From a virus: a DNA stretch of 64,000 nt. The stretch is taken from positions 1 through 64,000 of IMG/VR virus record IMGVR_UViG_3300005541_000007; one strand, given 5' to 3'. Positions within the stretch are counted from its first letter, which is position 1. Each line of letters opens with the position of its first letter. The notes below the pieces were generated by a model. That model was given only the letters and a program-made list of their open reading frames with translations, had not been told where the DNA came from and made no database searches. Both the position numbers and the translations under genes were made by a program. Positions 18,917-27,781 of the stretch are shown piece by piece.

Positions 18917-19645
18917 ATGACCAAACCACAAATCTTAATGCCTAATGATTGTGGGATACATAATTCTAATCTAGAAAACTCAACTATTAGATTAAATAAA
19001 ACTAAACTTTATGATAATATTTCAACTATTATAGTTGTTCCTACTCGTGGTGGTCCTTCTTTAACGCCTAGATGGGTAACTTGTTTAAATAATCTAATGA
19101 AACCAATGAATCAACAAATTTTTGGTCCTATGTTTCTTAGTGGAATGGAGGTTGGTGTTGCTTATAATGAGGCAATTCAATCTATTTTTAATAATCCTGT
19201 ATTAAATACTTGTAAATATATGCTTACGTGGGAGGATGATGTTCTTCCTCCACCTGACGGATTATTAAAATTGTATGAAGGAATGGATAAATTTGATTGT
19301 ATAGGCGCATTATATTGGACAAAAGGTGAAGAAGGACAACCTATGATTTATGGCGATATTAATGATCCTGTAGTAAATTTTAGACCACAGTTACCACAAT
19401 CAGAGTGTTTACAACGTACATATGGATTAGGTATGGGATTTAATTTATTTAAATTAGATATATTTAGAAAGTTAGAATATCCCTGGTTTGAAACCGTACA
19501 ACGTTGGGATGCAAATACAGGTGCAGCACAGTGGACTCAAGATTTAAGTTTCTTTCATAAAGCAGGAAGAGAAGGATTTAAATTTGCTTGTAATACTAAA
19601 GTTCGTGCGGGACATTTTTCCCATGAAACGGATATAGTTTGGTGA
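18917..19645 (+). CDS. GT-A fold (GT2-like) glycosyltransferase
   Basis: IIVVPTRG, AYNEA, LTWEDDVLPP (DxD-like), GMGFNL, QDLSF and GH motifs. Confidence 0.8.
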   Translation: MTKPQILMPNDCGIHNSNLENSTIRLNKTKLYDNISTIIVVPTRGGPSLTPRWVTCLNNLMKPMNQQIFGPMFLSGMEVGVAYNEAIQSIFNNPVLNTCKYMLTWEDDVLPPPDGLLKLYEGMDKFDCIGALYWTKGEEGQPMIYGDINDPVVNFRPQLPQSECLQRTYGLGMGFNLFKLDIFRKLEYPWFETVQRWDANTGAAQWTQDLSFFHKAGREGFKFACNTKVRAGHFSHETDIVW

Positions 19646-19648
19646 TAT

Positions 19649-20212
19649 ATGGAAAAAAAGATTAAAAAGAAAATTGAAAAAATTAAAGAACCTCTTCGTG
19701 TTAAACTTGGATGCGGCCAAAATAAGGTTGAGGGATTTAAAGGACTTGATATTTGTGATGGAATCGGTGCTGATTGGGTGCATGATTTAACAGTATATCC
19801 TTGGCCTTTTGAGGATGATTCTGTGGATGAATATTTAGCCGCACATGTATTTGAACATATTCCTGCTTTGCATAGGGGTAAGTTCATGGATGAAGTGTGG
19901 CGTACACTTAAAATGGGTGCTTCTATTAGAGTAATTACACCGGGGCATATGTGTGATAGAGCATGGCAAGATTACTCTCATATTATGCCGCCTATAGTTC
20001 CAAGTTCTTATAATTACTTTATGAGAGATTATAGAGAATTTAATAAACTTACACATGGAGTATATGATTTAAAGTGTAATTTCAGTGTAAGTATTAATGG
20101 TGTGGTAGACGGTACATGGATTAATCGTTCTGAAGATGCCAAGCAATTTGCTTCTAGACATTATTGGAATGTTATTAATGATTATGATGTAACTATGATC
20201 AAAATTCCTTAG
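19649..20212 (+). CDS. Class I SAM-dependent methyltransferase
   Basis: KLGCG motif I, HDL..PWPFEDDSVD, HVFEH, RTLK.G. Confidence 0.88.
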   Translation: MEKKIKKKIEKIKEPLRVKLGCGQNKVEGFKGLDICDGIGADWVHDLTVYPWPFEDDSVDEYLAAHVFEHIPALHRGKFMDEVWRTLKMGASIRVITPGHMCDRAWQDYSHIMPPIVPSSYNYFMRDYREFNKLTHGVYDLKCNFSVSINGVVDGTWINRSEDAKQFASRHYWNVINDYDVTMIKIP

Positions 20213-20248
20213 ATTTATATTCAAAATAGGGTACAATATGGCTACAAT

Positions 20249-21250
20249 ATGGACGAATATAGTAGCCTCGTCAACCTTCTTACTTTTGAATTTAAAGCAT
20301 GGGTAAATTCTTATAATCTTGAAAACTTAATAGAAATAATTGTAGATTATAATCGTCCTTTAGAGTTAAGATTTACAGATAGAATTATTCGTTCTACATT
20401 ACTTGTAACCTATGCAGATATTGACTATATTCTACAATCTTCTAATTTAAGTCAATTTAGTTCTGATAATCGTGCAGGATTAAAAAATACCTTACATAGA
20501 ATTTCTGTATTAAGAAATAAAAATAATAGAATTATAGGACTAACTATGCGTATCGGACGTAATATTACGTCAACTGTACCTCTAATTGCAGATTTATTAG
20601 ATGATAATAAATCTATATTATTTATTGGAAAACCGGGTACCGGAAAAACCTCATTTGTAAGACAAGCAGCATGTTACTTATCAGATTTTTCTGAAAAACG
20701 TGTAATTATTGTAGATACTTCATGTGAAATTGCGGGAGATAATGATTATCCACACGAATCTGTGGGTTCTGCTAGAAGATTGATGGTCAAAGATCGTGAA
20801 CATCAAGAGCAATATTTACTTGAAGCAGTTCAAAATCATTATCCTGAATACATTATTGTAGATGAAATTTCTACTAGAAAGGAAGCCGATAGTATTTGTT
20901 CTATTGCAGAACGCGGTGTAAAAGTTATTGGAACTGTACATGGTAGTGATTTTATTGGTGTTTTAAACAATTATAAGATTAATAGTATCTTAGGTTCTGT
21001 AGAAAAAGTTGTAATTACAGATGAAAATGCTAAGAAAAATGATGGAGTAAAAATTAAAACTGAGCGTAGATCAATACCGCCTTTTGAAATTGTAGTTGAA
21101 CTTCTAGCATTTGATAAAATAAAAATCTACTACAATACACAAGAAACTATAGATACTTATCTTACAGAAAAAAGTATCTCATATGAACTACGTACACTAA
21201 AAGATGGTGAAATGTATTGCAAATTTATCTCGGGTGAGGTATTATCTTAG
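20249..21250 (+). CDS. SpoIIIAA/Ycf45-like AAA ATPase
   Basis: DNRAG..TLHRIS, GLTMRIGR, Walker A GKPGTGKT, VDTSCEIAGD, EAVQNH.P, Walker B IIVDEI, GTVHG. Confidence 0.88.
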   Translation: MDEYSSLVNLLTFEFKAWVNSYNLENLIEIIVDYNRPLELRFTDRIIRSTLLVTYADIDYILQSSNLSQFSSDNRAGLKNTLHRISVLRNKNNRIIGLTMRIGRNITSTVPLIADLLDDNKSILFIGKPGTGKTSFVRQAACYLSDFSEKRVIIVDTSCEIAGDNDYPHESVGSARRLMVKDREHQEQYLLEAVQNHYPEYIIVDEISTRKEADSICSIAERGVKVIGTVHGSDFIGVLNNYKINSILGSVEKVVITDENAKKNDGVKIKTERRSIPPFEIVVELLAFDKIKIYYNTQETIDTYLTEKSISYELRTLKDGEMYCKFISGEVLS

Positions 21251-21253
21251 GTA

Positions 21254-22021
21254 ATGTCAGCAGAAATTTTCATGTCTCATTATGATAATGAGGGATATTT
21301 TAATCATGGACTAAGAGAACCTACAAATCTTAATGTATTTCAAACCACTAAAGAGTACCGTGATTTATCTACTATTATTGTAACTCCTACTAGAAAAGGA
21401 AATTCCATATCTTCTAGGTGGATGGGATGTTATCTTGATTTGATGAAACCAATGAATCAAAAGGTTTTTGGTCCTATGTTTATAGTCGGTATGGAAGTAG
21501 GAGAGGCTTATAATGAGGCTATTAAGCGTATCCTTAACCATGATATTCTAAAAAATGTTACTTATTTAGTCACTTTAGAAGATGATGTTCTTCCTCCACC
21601 AGACGGATTATTAAAGTTATATGAAGATGTTCAACACTATGATGTAGTTGGAGGACTCTATTATTCTAAGGGGGATTTTGGTTGGCCTATGATTTATGGT
21701 GATGTATCACAAAAAGAAATAGGTTGGGCACCACAAGAACCAAAAAGTTTTAAAGAGGGGGAAAATACATTACAAGAGTGTTATGGATTAGGTATGGGAT
21801 TTAATATCTATAAAATGGATATATTTAAAAAAATGGAATATCCTTGGTTTGAAACATTGCAACATTTTGATAAAGATTTAGGCGTGCAAGGTATGACCCA
21901 GGACCTCCACGCCTTTCAGCAAATGTACAAGGCAGGTTATAGGTTTGCATGTGATGTGTCATTAAAGTGCGGACATTTTGATGCGAATGGTGGAGACAGC
22001 GGTTTAGGGTTTACCTGGTAA
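21254..22021 (+). CDS. GT-A fold glycosyltransferase (paralog of 18917)
   Basis: LMKPMNQ, LEDDVLPPPDGLLKL, GLGMGFN and TQDL shared with 18917. Confidence 0.8.
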   Translation: MSAEIFMSHYDNEGYFNHGLREPTNLNVFQTTKEYRDLSTIIVTPTRKGNSISSRWMGCYLDLMKPMNQKVFGPMFIVGMEVGEAYNEAIKRILNHDILKNVTYLVTLEDDVLPPPDGLLKLYEDVQHYDVVGGLYYSKGDFGWPMIYGDVSQKEIGWAPQEPKSFKEGENTLQECYGLGMGFNIYKMDIFKKMEYPWFETLQHFDKDLGVQGMTQDLHAFQQMYKAGYRFACDVSLKCGHFDANGGDSGLGFTW

Positions 22022-22116
22022 ATATCATTTAAAAACTTTTTTTATAGTATTAAAACAGGGTATCATATTAAACATCATGACTATGATTACAATTTCTACT
22101 CTGGAGACTAAATAAT

Positions 22117-22575
22117 ATGCAGGCCCTTTTGAGTACCGCTTACACTGCTGGTCCCGGTACAACTGCTGTTAATACAGCTACCGTAAACCTTCTAAACGTC
22201 CCTAATGGATATATTGCTGGTGTTGATCCACGTCCTGTGGCTATCTTCACTCGTGGGCATATTCTTCTAAATATTCCTACTGTTCTACAGGCTTCACAAA
22301 CTGTTGCTCTTGCTATCATCGGTATTGATGCTTATGGTGCTACTTACAACTATGGTGGTACTTTCTCAACCCAATCCGCTGCTGGACAATATCTTTATGT
22401 GTTTAATGAACAGGCACTAACAACCGCTTCTGGTGGTGCTATTCCTGCTTCTGGTATTCGACAAATGCCGCTTCCTGAACAATTCCAGGTTCAACTACAG
22501 TTTGCTAACTCAACTGGTTCTGCTGCTGGTATTTCTGTTTCTCTACTCAATAACCTTTCTTACATCGCTGAATAA
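22117..22575 (+). CDS. Putative abundant virion/decoration protein
   Basis: Stand-alone unit with -10 box, GGAGA SD and terminator; codon style resembles the major capsid gene. Confidence 0.55.
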   Translation: MQALLSTAYTAGPGTTAVNTATVNLLNVPNGYIAGVDPRPVAIFTRGHILLNIPTVLQASQTVALAIIGIDAYGATYNYGGTFSTQSAAGQYLYVFNEQALTTASGGAIPASGIRQMPLPEQFQVQLQFANSTGSAAGISVSLLNNLSYIAE

Positions 22576-22598
22576 GTTCTGAGATTGAGTCATAGTCT

Positions 22599-22634
22599 AA
22601 AATCCTTTTCTGCGAATGTGGGAAAGGATTTTTT
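22599..22634 (+). terminator. Rho-independent terminator
   Basis: AATCCTTTTCTGC-GAAT-GTGGGAAAGGATT followed by a T-run. Confidence 0.8.
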
Positions 22635-22669
22635 ATATTTTACTTTTATAAAAAGGTATATTATCAATA

Positions 22670-23194
22670 GTGCCTAATCTTATTACAGCTTCACCAATAT
22701 TGTTTGATTATATGCCATCTGGTACGGCTGTTTCTAATACATTACTAGAATCTAGTTTAGGTGTTAATTTTACAATTCCACTTAGATTTTTCTATACTGG
22801 TAGATGTTTTAAATATGTACTTAGAGGAATGGGTAGTTCTATTTCTGGTGTTCCGGGGCAATTAACACTAAATACTTATTTAAATAGTACACTTTTATGT
22901 ACTACAGGTCCACTTAATTTAACTTCTGGTGCTACTAATTATGGATTTGAATATATTATTGATGGCATTTGTATTACAGGACATATAGGAAGTACATCAG
23001 GAAATGAACCAAATTCACAAGGACCCGTTATTCAAGCAGACTGTAGTATAGGCGGTTTGCAAATTCCAGGTACAACTACAGTACAACCTGCTATTGCTGA
23101 TCCTTATATTTTAAAGACTACAGCAATATTTACAGTTGCTAATGCAGGTAATTCTGTACAGGCACGTCAAGCATCCATTATGGGAATGGGATAA
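22670..23194 (+). CDS. Putative virion protein
   Basis: Gly/Thr-rich; C-terminus (ANAGNSVQ) resembles that of the next ORF. Confidence 0.55.
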   Translation: MPNLITASPILFDYMPSGTAVSNTLLESSLGVNFTIPLRFFYTGRCFKYVLRGMGSSISGVPGQLTLNTYLNSTLLCTTGPLNLTSGATNYGFEYIIDGICITGHIGSTSGNEPNSQGPVIQADCSIGGLQIPGTTTVQPAIADPYILKTTAIFTVANAGNSVQARQASIMGMG

Positions 23195-23197
23195 TTT

Positions 23198-23722
23198 ATG
23201 AATTCACCACTATTTTTTAGCACAACTGATCAAACTTTTTATGATGTAACCGCTGCTGGGGTTGTGACTGCAACTGCTTCAGAAACACAGGCGGCGGGTT
23301 GTGTACTTCCTGCTAATACTTTTTCTGTAGCAGGAAGAAATATTAGGATTCGTTATCAAGGTATTCAAACTGCTGTTAATGGAACTGATACTCTTACTGT
23401 AAAAGTTCGGTTTGGTGCTGCCTCTTTAAGTGGTACAGTTATTGTTAATGGCGCGGCTACTACTGGTGCTGTAAATAATGTATTTAGTGGTGATGTATTA
23501 ATTACTGCTCGTGCTGCTGCTGGTGCTGCTGTGGCCTGTGTAGCTGATGCTACCTACAGCGAACTTGCTTTAATTGCCTCTTCTGCATTTAAGAAAGCTA
23601 GAATGGCATCGACTAATTTTGCTACTAATGCACCATTAGTTATTGAAGTTACTCTACAATTTCAATCTGCTTCGGCAGGTAATTCTGCTCAAGTAGATCA
23701 ATTTTCTGTAGAGTTTCTTTAG
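23198..23722 (+). CDS. Putative virion protein (likely paralog of 22670)
   Basis: Same length (174 aa); LPANT..GR.IR..G and ASAGNSAQ motifs. Confidence 0.55.
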   Translation: MNSPLFFSTTDQTFYDVTAAGVVTATASETQAAGCVLPANTFSVAGRNIRIRYQGIQTAVNGTDTLTVKVRFGAASLSGTVIVNGAATTGAVNNVFSGDVLITARAAAGAAVACVADATYSELALIASSAFKKARMASTNFATNAPLVIEVTLQFQSASAGNSAQVDQFSVEFL

Positions 23723-24267
23723 TCATGTTGTTCATCGTACACTGGCGGCAACTTCTCTAATATAACTACAAGGTTATCTACCGAGTTAAGATAGTGTTCT
23801 GTACGCATTTTAATAACATCTTCGGTACGATTCTTAGTTTTACTATCATCATTAAATGTACCTTCTAACTTTGTAATGGCAAAATTAGATTGCATTTGAT
23901 AGTCTTTTCCTGTAAAATCATTAATCTTACGCCATGTAGCATTATACATATTATATGAATTAGGTGTAATTGGAGGCCACTGAATCATTGGGTCTACGTA
24001 TGAAATCTCATTACTCCAATAAGGGGTAATAATAGTTGCTGTACCGCCTAATTTAAGTACACGATAAATTTCATCAAAAAATATAAATCTATCATATGAA
24101 TGTACATAGTGTAAGTAGTTTGCACATAGAATTTCATCTACACTTTCACAATCAAAATCCCACGGGTAGTATTCAACTTCTTCTGTGGATAGGTTGAAAT
24201 ATCCTTCTACATTTGTAGAATCTTTAGTGCCGACATTTAACTTAACTTTATTATATTCTTGTTCCAT
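23719..24267 (-). CDS. SAM methyltransferase-like protein with degenerate motif I
   Basis: PWDFDCESVDEI..YLHY..FFDEIYRVLKLGG.ATIITP; motif I reads KLNVGTKD. Confidence 0.75.
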   Translation of the reverse strand: MEQEYNKVKLNVGTKDSTNVEGYFNLSTEEVEYYPWDFDCESVDEILCANYLHYVHSYDRFIFFDEIYRVLKLGGTATIITPYWSNEISYVDPMIQWPPITPNSYNMYNATWRKINDFTGKDYQMQSNFAITKLEGTFNDDSKTKNRTEDVIKMRTEHYLNSVDNLVVILEKLPPVYDEQHD

Positions 24268-24268
24268 A

Positions 24269-25021
24269 TTAATTTTCGTCTCCCAAATCTCTTCCGTTAA
24301 TTATACCTTCTGTATCAAAATTTTGAAACATTAGTAAAATATTCTCTTTAAACTCAGTAGTATCATCATTCACTAAGATACAATCCCAATCATCTACACT
24401 CTTTAAATCTAAAGAAGTTTCGCTAGGATGATCCCCAGTCCATCCAATAGAAGGACGAATTACTCTAATAGTCTTACCATCAAGTGATTTAATAGTATCA
24501 TACTCATTGGGAAATCGCATATCACAACAAATTGCATATTTATATTTACCAGATTCTTTTAGTTCATTCATTTTTTTAATAAATTTATTAATCCAATAAT
24601 TATCATCTGATTTTCTGCGATATTCTGTTCCCCAATATTGCATTAACATTCTATAATTTTCTTTTTCTGGATTATCTGTATTAAGAATATCCTTAATTTT
24701 TTGTTTTGCGTCCTCTCTTCCGTAACCTATGTGGTAGAAATGTCGTACACCTAATTTAGAACGGCCCTGTGGGTCAACGTGGGGCCAAGAATACACCATA
24801 TTCCAAATGGCATTGCCTTCTTGCTCCCCAAACATATCAATTAATTTTTCAAGTGCTGTGTATGAGGGCGTATTAACTAAAAATTCCGAAACTTCCTCTT
24901 TTAATCCATCTGCAAAATTACATTGAATAACGTCAGATCGTGTAGCCATGATTGTGTTAGCAATATATGTCTTGCCATTACACTTTTTTCCTGAAATTCC
25001 CAAAATATTAAAACTACTCAT
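24269..25021 (-). CDS. Deoxynucleoside monophosphate kinase-like P-loop protein
   Basis: GISGKKCNGKT, FADGLK, R.LMQ.WGTE, DMRFPNE and HPSE motifs. Confidence 0.82.
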   Translation of the reverse strand: MSSFNILGISGKKCNGKTYIANTIMATRSDVIQCNFADGLKEEVSEFLVNTPSYTALEKLIDMFGEQEGNAIWNMVYSWPHVDPQGRSKLGVRHFYHIGYGREDAKQKIKDILNTDNPEKENYRMLMQYWGTEYRRKSDDNYWINKFIKKMNELKESGKYKYAICCDMRFPNEYDTIKSLDGKTIRVIRPSIGWTGDHPSETSLDLKSVDDWDCILVNDDTTEFKENILLMFQNFDTEGIINGRDLGDEN

Positions 25022-25200
25022 GATAAATTTACTATTTCTCCTTCTAAATTAACAAAAATTTGTGTAAATGGTCCATAAGGTTGATGTTCTTCTACATTAG
25101 AAATATCACAGGGCAGATATAGTGCATTTTTATTAAAAAATCTAACTTTCATATTTGGTTCAAATTCCTCTAACTTATCTATCAATTCCTTACATGTCAT
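25018..25200 (-). CDS. Hypothetical protein
   Basis: MTxKELIxKL N-terminus typical of small phage proteins; overlaps next gene. Confidence 0.6.
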   Translation of the reverse strand: MTCKELIDKLEEFEPNMKVRFFNKNALYLPCDISNVEEHQPYGPFTQIFVNLEGEIVNLS

Positions 25201-25216
25201 GTGGTATCATATCCCT

Positions 25217-25618
25217 ATGGTTGATGAATCTATTATTCCTTTTCATTATGCTGATGAAATTTATCATATTCAAATTCTTAAAATTCTAATTCGTACTCGT
25301 GGTATTACTGTTACTTTTGATTCAAATCCTACTCTAGTTTGGAAATATATTCCTGGTTCCTATAAAACTAATAAACGACGAAGCGATCATACTTATAGAA
25401 TTCTTCAGGTAAATACACAAGAAGAACTCATAACTTTCTTAAAGTCACTAAAAACTAAACAAATTAATAAAGAAGTAGATTTTGACATTAATTCTCCTTT
25501 AATTGAATATAATAGTGTAACAAAGCGTATTATGCGTATTCATAAACATATTGAACCACCTAAGTTTTTAAAATTTCCTAAACAATATATACTAGAAACC
25601 TGCACTATGGAATTTTAA
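25217..25618 (+). CDS. Hypothetical protein
   Basis: Start reassigned to ATG 25217 (TG-G-TATCAT 6 nt upstream). Confidence 0.55.
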   Translation: MVDESIIPFHYADEIYHIQILKILIRTRGITVTFDSNPTLVWKYIPGSYKTNKRRSDHTYRILQVNTQEELITFLKSLKTKQINKEVDFDINSPLIEYNSVTKRIMRIHKHIEPPKFLKFPKQYILETCTMEF

Positions 25619-26138
25619 TAAGTGTAGCCACAATATCAGAAAAAGTATTTAAATGATGTTTAGCAAATGAGTGCATTTCTTCTTTTCCTCTATTAAGTTC
25701 TGAGTAATTATCTGAAATCATAGCTTTTACATCTACTTCAAAATTACATTTCAAATCATAAACTCCAAATGTAAGTTTATTTTGTTCTCGCCAATCTCTT
25801 ACAAAATAAGCATAACTATTACCAGTTATAGCTGGAAATGCATGGCTGAAATCCTGGATAGATCTTTCACTGTTCCAAGCAGGGGTAGTGAAGGTTGCCT
25901 TTCCTCCCATTTCTAAAATACGCCATACTTCATCCATGAACTTACCACGTAGTTTACCTTCAATATGTTCAAATACGTGACAACAAATAATTTCTTCTAC
26001 AGAATTATCTTCAAAAGGCCAAGGAAATTGTTCTAGATCATGTACAACATCTGTAACACCGGGAAGGTCAACAATATCTACTCCAATAAATCCTTCTGGT
26101 TTAGATGGACCCGATCCTAACTCAACGCGTAATCCCAT
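25605..26138 (-). CDS. Class I SAM-dependent methyltransferase (paralog of 19649)
   Basis: ELGSG, HDLEQFPWPFEDNSV, HVFEHI, RGKFMDEVWR and GVYDLKCNF shared with 19649. Confidence 0.88.
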   Translation of the reverse strand: MGLRVELGSGPSKPEGFIGVDIVDLPGVTDVVHDLEQFPWPFEDNSVEEIICCHVFEHIEGKLRGKFMDEVWRILEMGGKATFTTPAWNSERSIQDFSHAFPAITGNSYAYFVRDWREQNKLTFGVYDLKCNFEVDVKAMISDNYSELNRGKEEMHSFAKHHLNTFSDIVATLIKIP

Positions 26139-26146
26139 GAAACTGT

Positions 26147-26176
26147 ATTATACCTTGTAGTATGTTGATTTGTCAA
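26147..26176 (-). promoter_or_regulatory. Consensus sigma70 promoter, leaderless
   Basis: TTGACA-18-TATAAT, ATG 8 nt downstream. Confidence 0.8.
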
Positions 26177-26177
26177 T

Positions 26178-26369
26178 GGCGCTGATTAATATTGGCTCAG
26201 CGCCGGAAGCCTCTTTGAATCCCTTACTTTAAGTAGGGGACACCCTAAAGTTGTACTATTTCTCATGTGTCAAACGATGTAGTTATAGGGTATTGGTTGT
26301 GGAAGTTTATCTTAGATTAGCTATTTCCAAGATGGTCCCGGCGCTTTCTCCCACATCAGCGTTTCCGGC
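26178..26369 (-). ncRNA. Candidate multi-branched structured RNA
   Basis: Closing helix GCCGGAA/TTCCGGC encloses four hairpins, followed by a GGCGCTGA/TCAGCGCC hairpin. Confidence 0.4.
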
Positions 26370-26379
26370 AATGTCGTTT

Positions 26380-26715
26380 TTAGGCGGGCGGTGTACTTTG
26401 CGTAACTAGTCCATCGCTAGTAGTCTTCAAAGTATTAACTGCCGTTTCTAGTGCAGTTGCAGACGCAAGAGCCGCAGTAAGGTCTGTGGGGCCTCCCGCT
26501 GACTCAAGTGCCTGAATCTTGGCAAGGAGTGCTGTAACGTTCGTTACAACTGAGGTAATGTCTGAAACTACTGCATTAACTGCTGTAGTAATATTTCCGA
26601 GTGCGGTGTTAAGGTCGTCCAATTGTGCCATTATAAGTTTTTTATTTTCCTTTGCTAGTATTTCTAAGAACCATGCTCTGATTCTAATTCGTATCTTTAA
26701 GAGAGTATGTCTCAT
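26380..26715 (-). CDS. Coiled-coil protein
   Basis: Heptad-like Ala/Thr/Val/Leu pattern; alternative start at 26631. Confidence 0.6.
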   Translation of the reverse strand: MRHTLLKIRIRIRAWFLEILAKENKKLIMAQLDDLNTALGNITTAVNAVVSDITSVVTNVTALLAKIQALESAGGPTDLTAALASATALETAVNTLKTTSDGLVTQSTPPA

Positions 26716-26851
26716 AAATTGTCATTTTAAAAAAGTTTTTAAGGTTGGATTTACAGTCACTTTGTCGTGGTACCCGAGATTTAGACCTACCAACCTTAAA
26801 ATTTTGGGATTACGTTGAGCACGAGTCTACGCCCCCAACCACCAAATCTAA

Positions 26852-27289
26852 TTAGAATTGAAGACTAATACCGCCAATAGCCCCAAATCCAAACGTACCC
26901 TTTTGTCCACCACCACTACCAGCAAATGCCATAGTAGCGACAATCGGGCCAGCGGACGTATTCGCAATATGCCAAGAATGTCCTAAAGAAATTCCTGCTA
27001 CTGCTGTCTTATACTTATCATCATACCCGGCAAATCCAGAAAGATCAAGTGAAATCTTAGAATACTTTCCTAGAAAACTAATCGTAGTCCACTTATTTGC
27101 AATAACTTCTGCAAAAGAATTTGCCTTGAAGTTAAAATAGCCAAGTCCTGACCACGTACTTCCTGGTGCGGGTGCAACCACTACAGTTTGATTAGTATTT
27201 GAATTTAGCGGCTGTGCAACTGACGTATCAGCAATTGCAGTTGAAAAAATAGCTGTTGAAGCTAGAAGTGTAATGAGTGTTTTGTTCAT
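26852..27289 (-). CDS. Secreted protein, possible small outer-membrane beta-barrel
   Basis: Signal peptide MNKTLITLLASTAIFSTAIA; amphipathic strands; C-terminal ISLQF. Confidence 0.6.
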   Translation of the reverse strand: MNKTLITLLASTAIFSTAIADTSVAQPLNSNTNQTVVVAPAPGSTWSGLGYFNFKANSFAEVIANKWTTISFLGKYSKISLDLSGFAGYDDKYKTAVAGISLGHSWHIANTSAGPIVATMAFAGSGGGQKGTFGFGAIGGISLQF

Positions 27290-27307
27290 GTGTTTATTTA
27301 TAATACC

Positions 27308-27514
27308 TTAAAAAGTCCAATTTGGTACAACAATATCAATCGCATACCATCCCGAAGAAACAATAACCTTTGTCCCATCTGATAAGTTAAGTCTGTGTGT
27401 TCCACTAGGTCTAACGCAAATTTCATTCACATTTTGATAAGTAATATCTCTATCTGCAAATTTATAAGTTCTAGATTGTTCTTCAACCGTTGTAAAAACT
27501 AAATCTTCAGTCAT
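27308..27514 (-). CDS. Hypothetical protein
   Basis: TAATG-coupled 68-aa ORF. Confidence 0.65.
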   Translation of the reverse strand: MTEDLVFTTVEEQSRTYKFADRDITYQNVNEICVRPSGTHRLNLSDGTKVIVSSGWYAIDIVVPNWTF

Positions 27515-27720
27515 TATGAAATTGCTGTCTCCGTTTTAAATAATCGCAAAAGCAAATTAGTGACTGCTAATGCTCCAGCGAAAAATGCTAGAATGTGCGG
27601 ATTTGATTGAATCCAAACATCATTTGTAAAATACTGCTCTGCTCCAACCGCGAGTGTTAGAGCGTTGACCCAAACTGTAGTACTCTGATACCAAGGCTTA
27701 CTTGCTGTTACTGATCCCAT
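27514..27720 (-). CDS. Putative holin (2 TM)
   Basis: KPWYQSTTVWVN N-terminus, two TM helices, NLLLR..T C-terminus. Confidence 0.6.
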   Translation of the reverse strand: MGSVTASKPWYQSTTVWVNALTLAVGAEQYFTNDVWIQSNPHILAFFAGALAVTNLLLRLFKTETAIS

Positions 27721-27781
27721 AAAAAGTTTTTATCTCCTGAAACCTATCTATTTGCAGGTTCAGTTAGGTATCATACAACAT

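Noticed and set aside
26743-26844. tRNA-like element ending CCAACCACCA
   Set aside because: Acceptor-like pairing exists but there is no TTC T-loop, D-arm or anticodon arm
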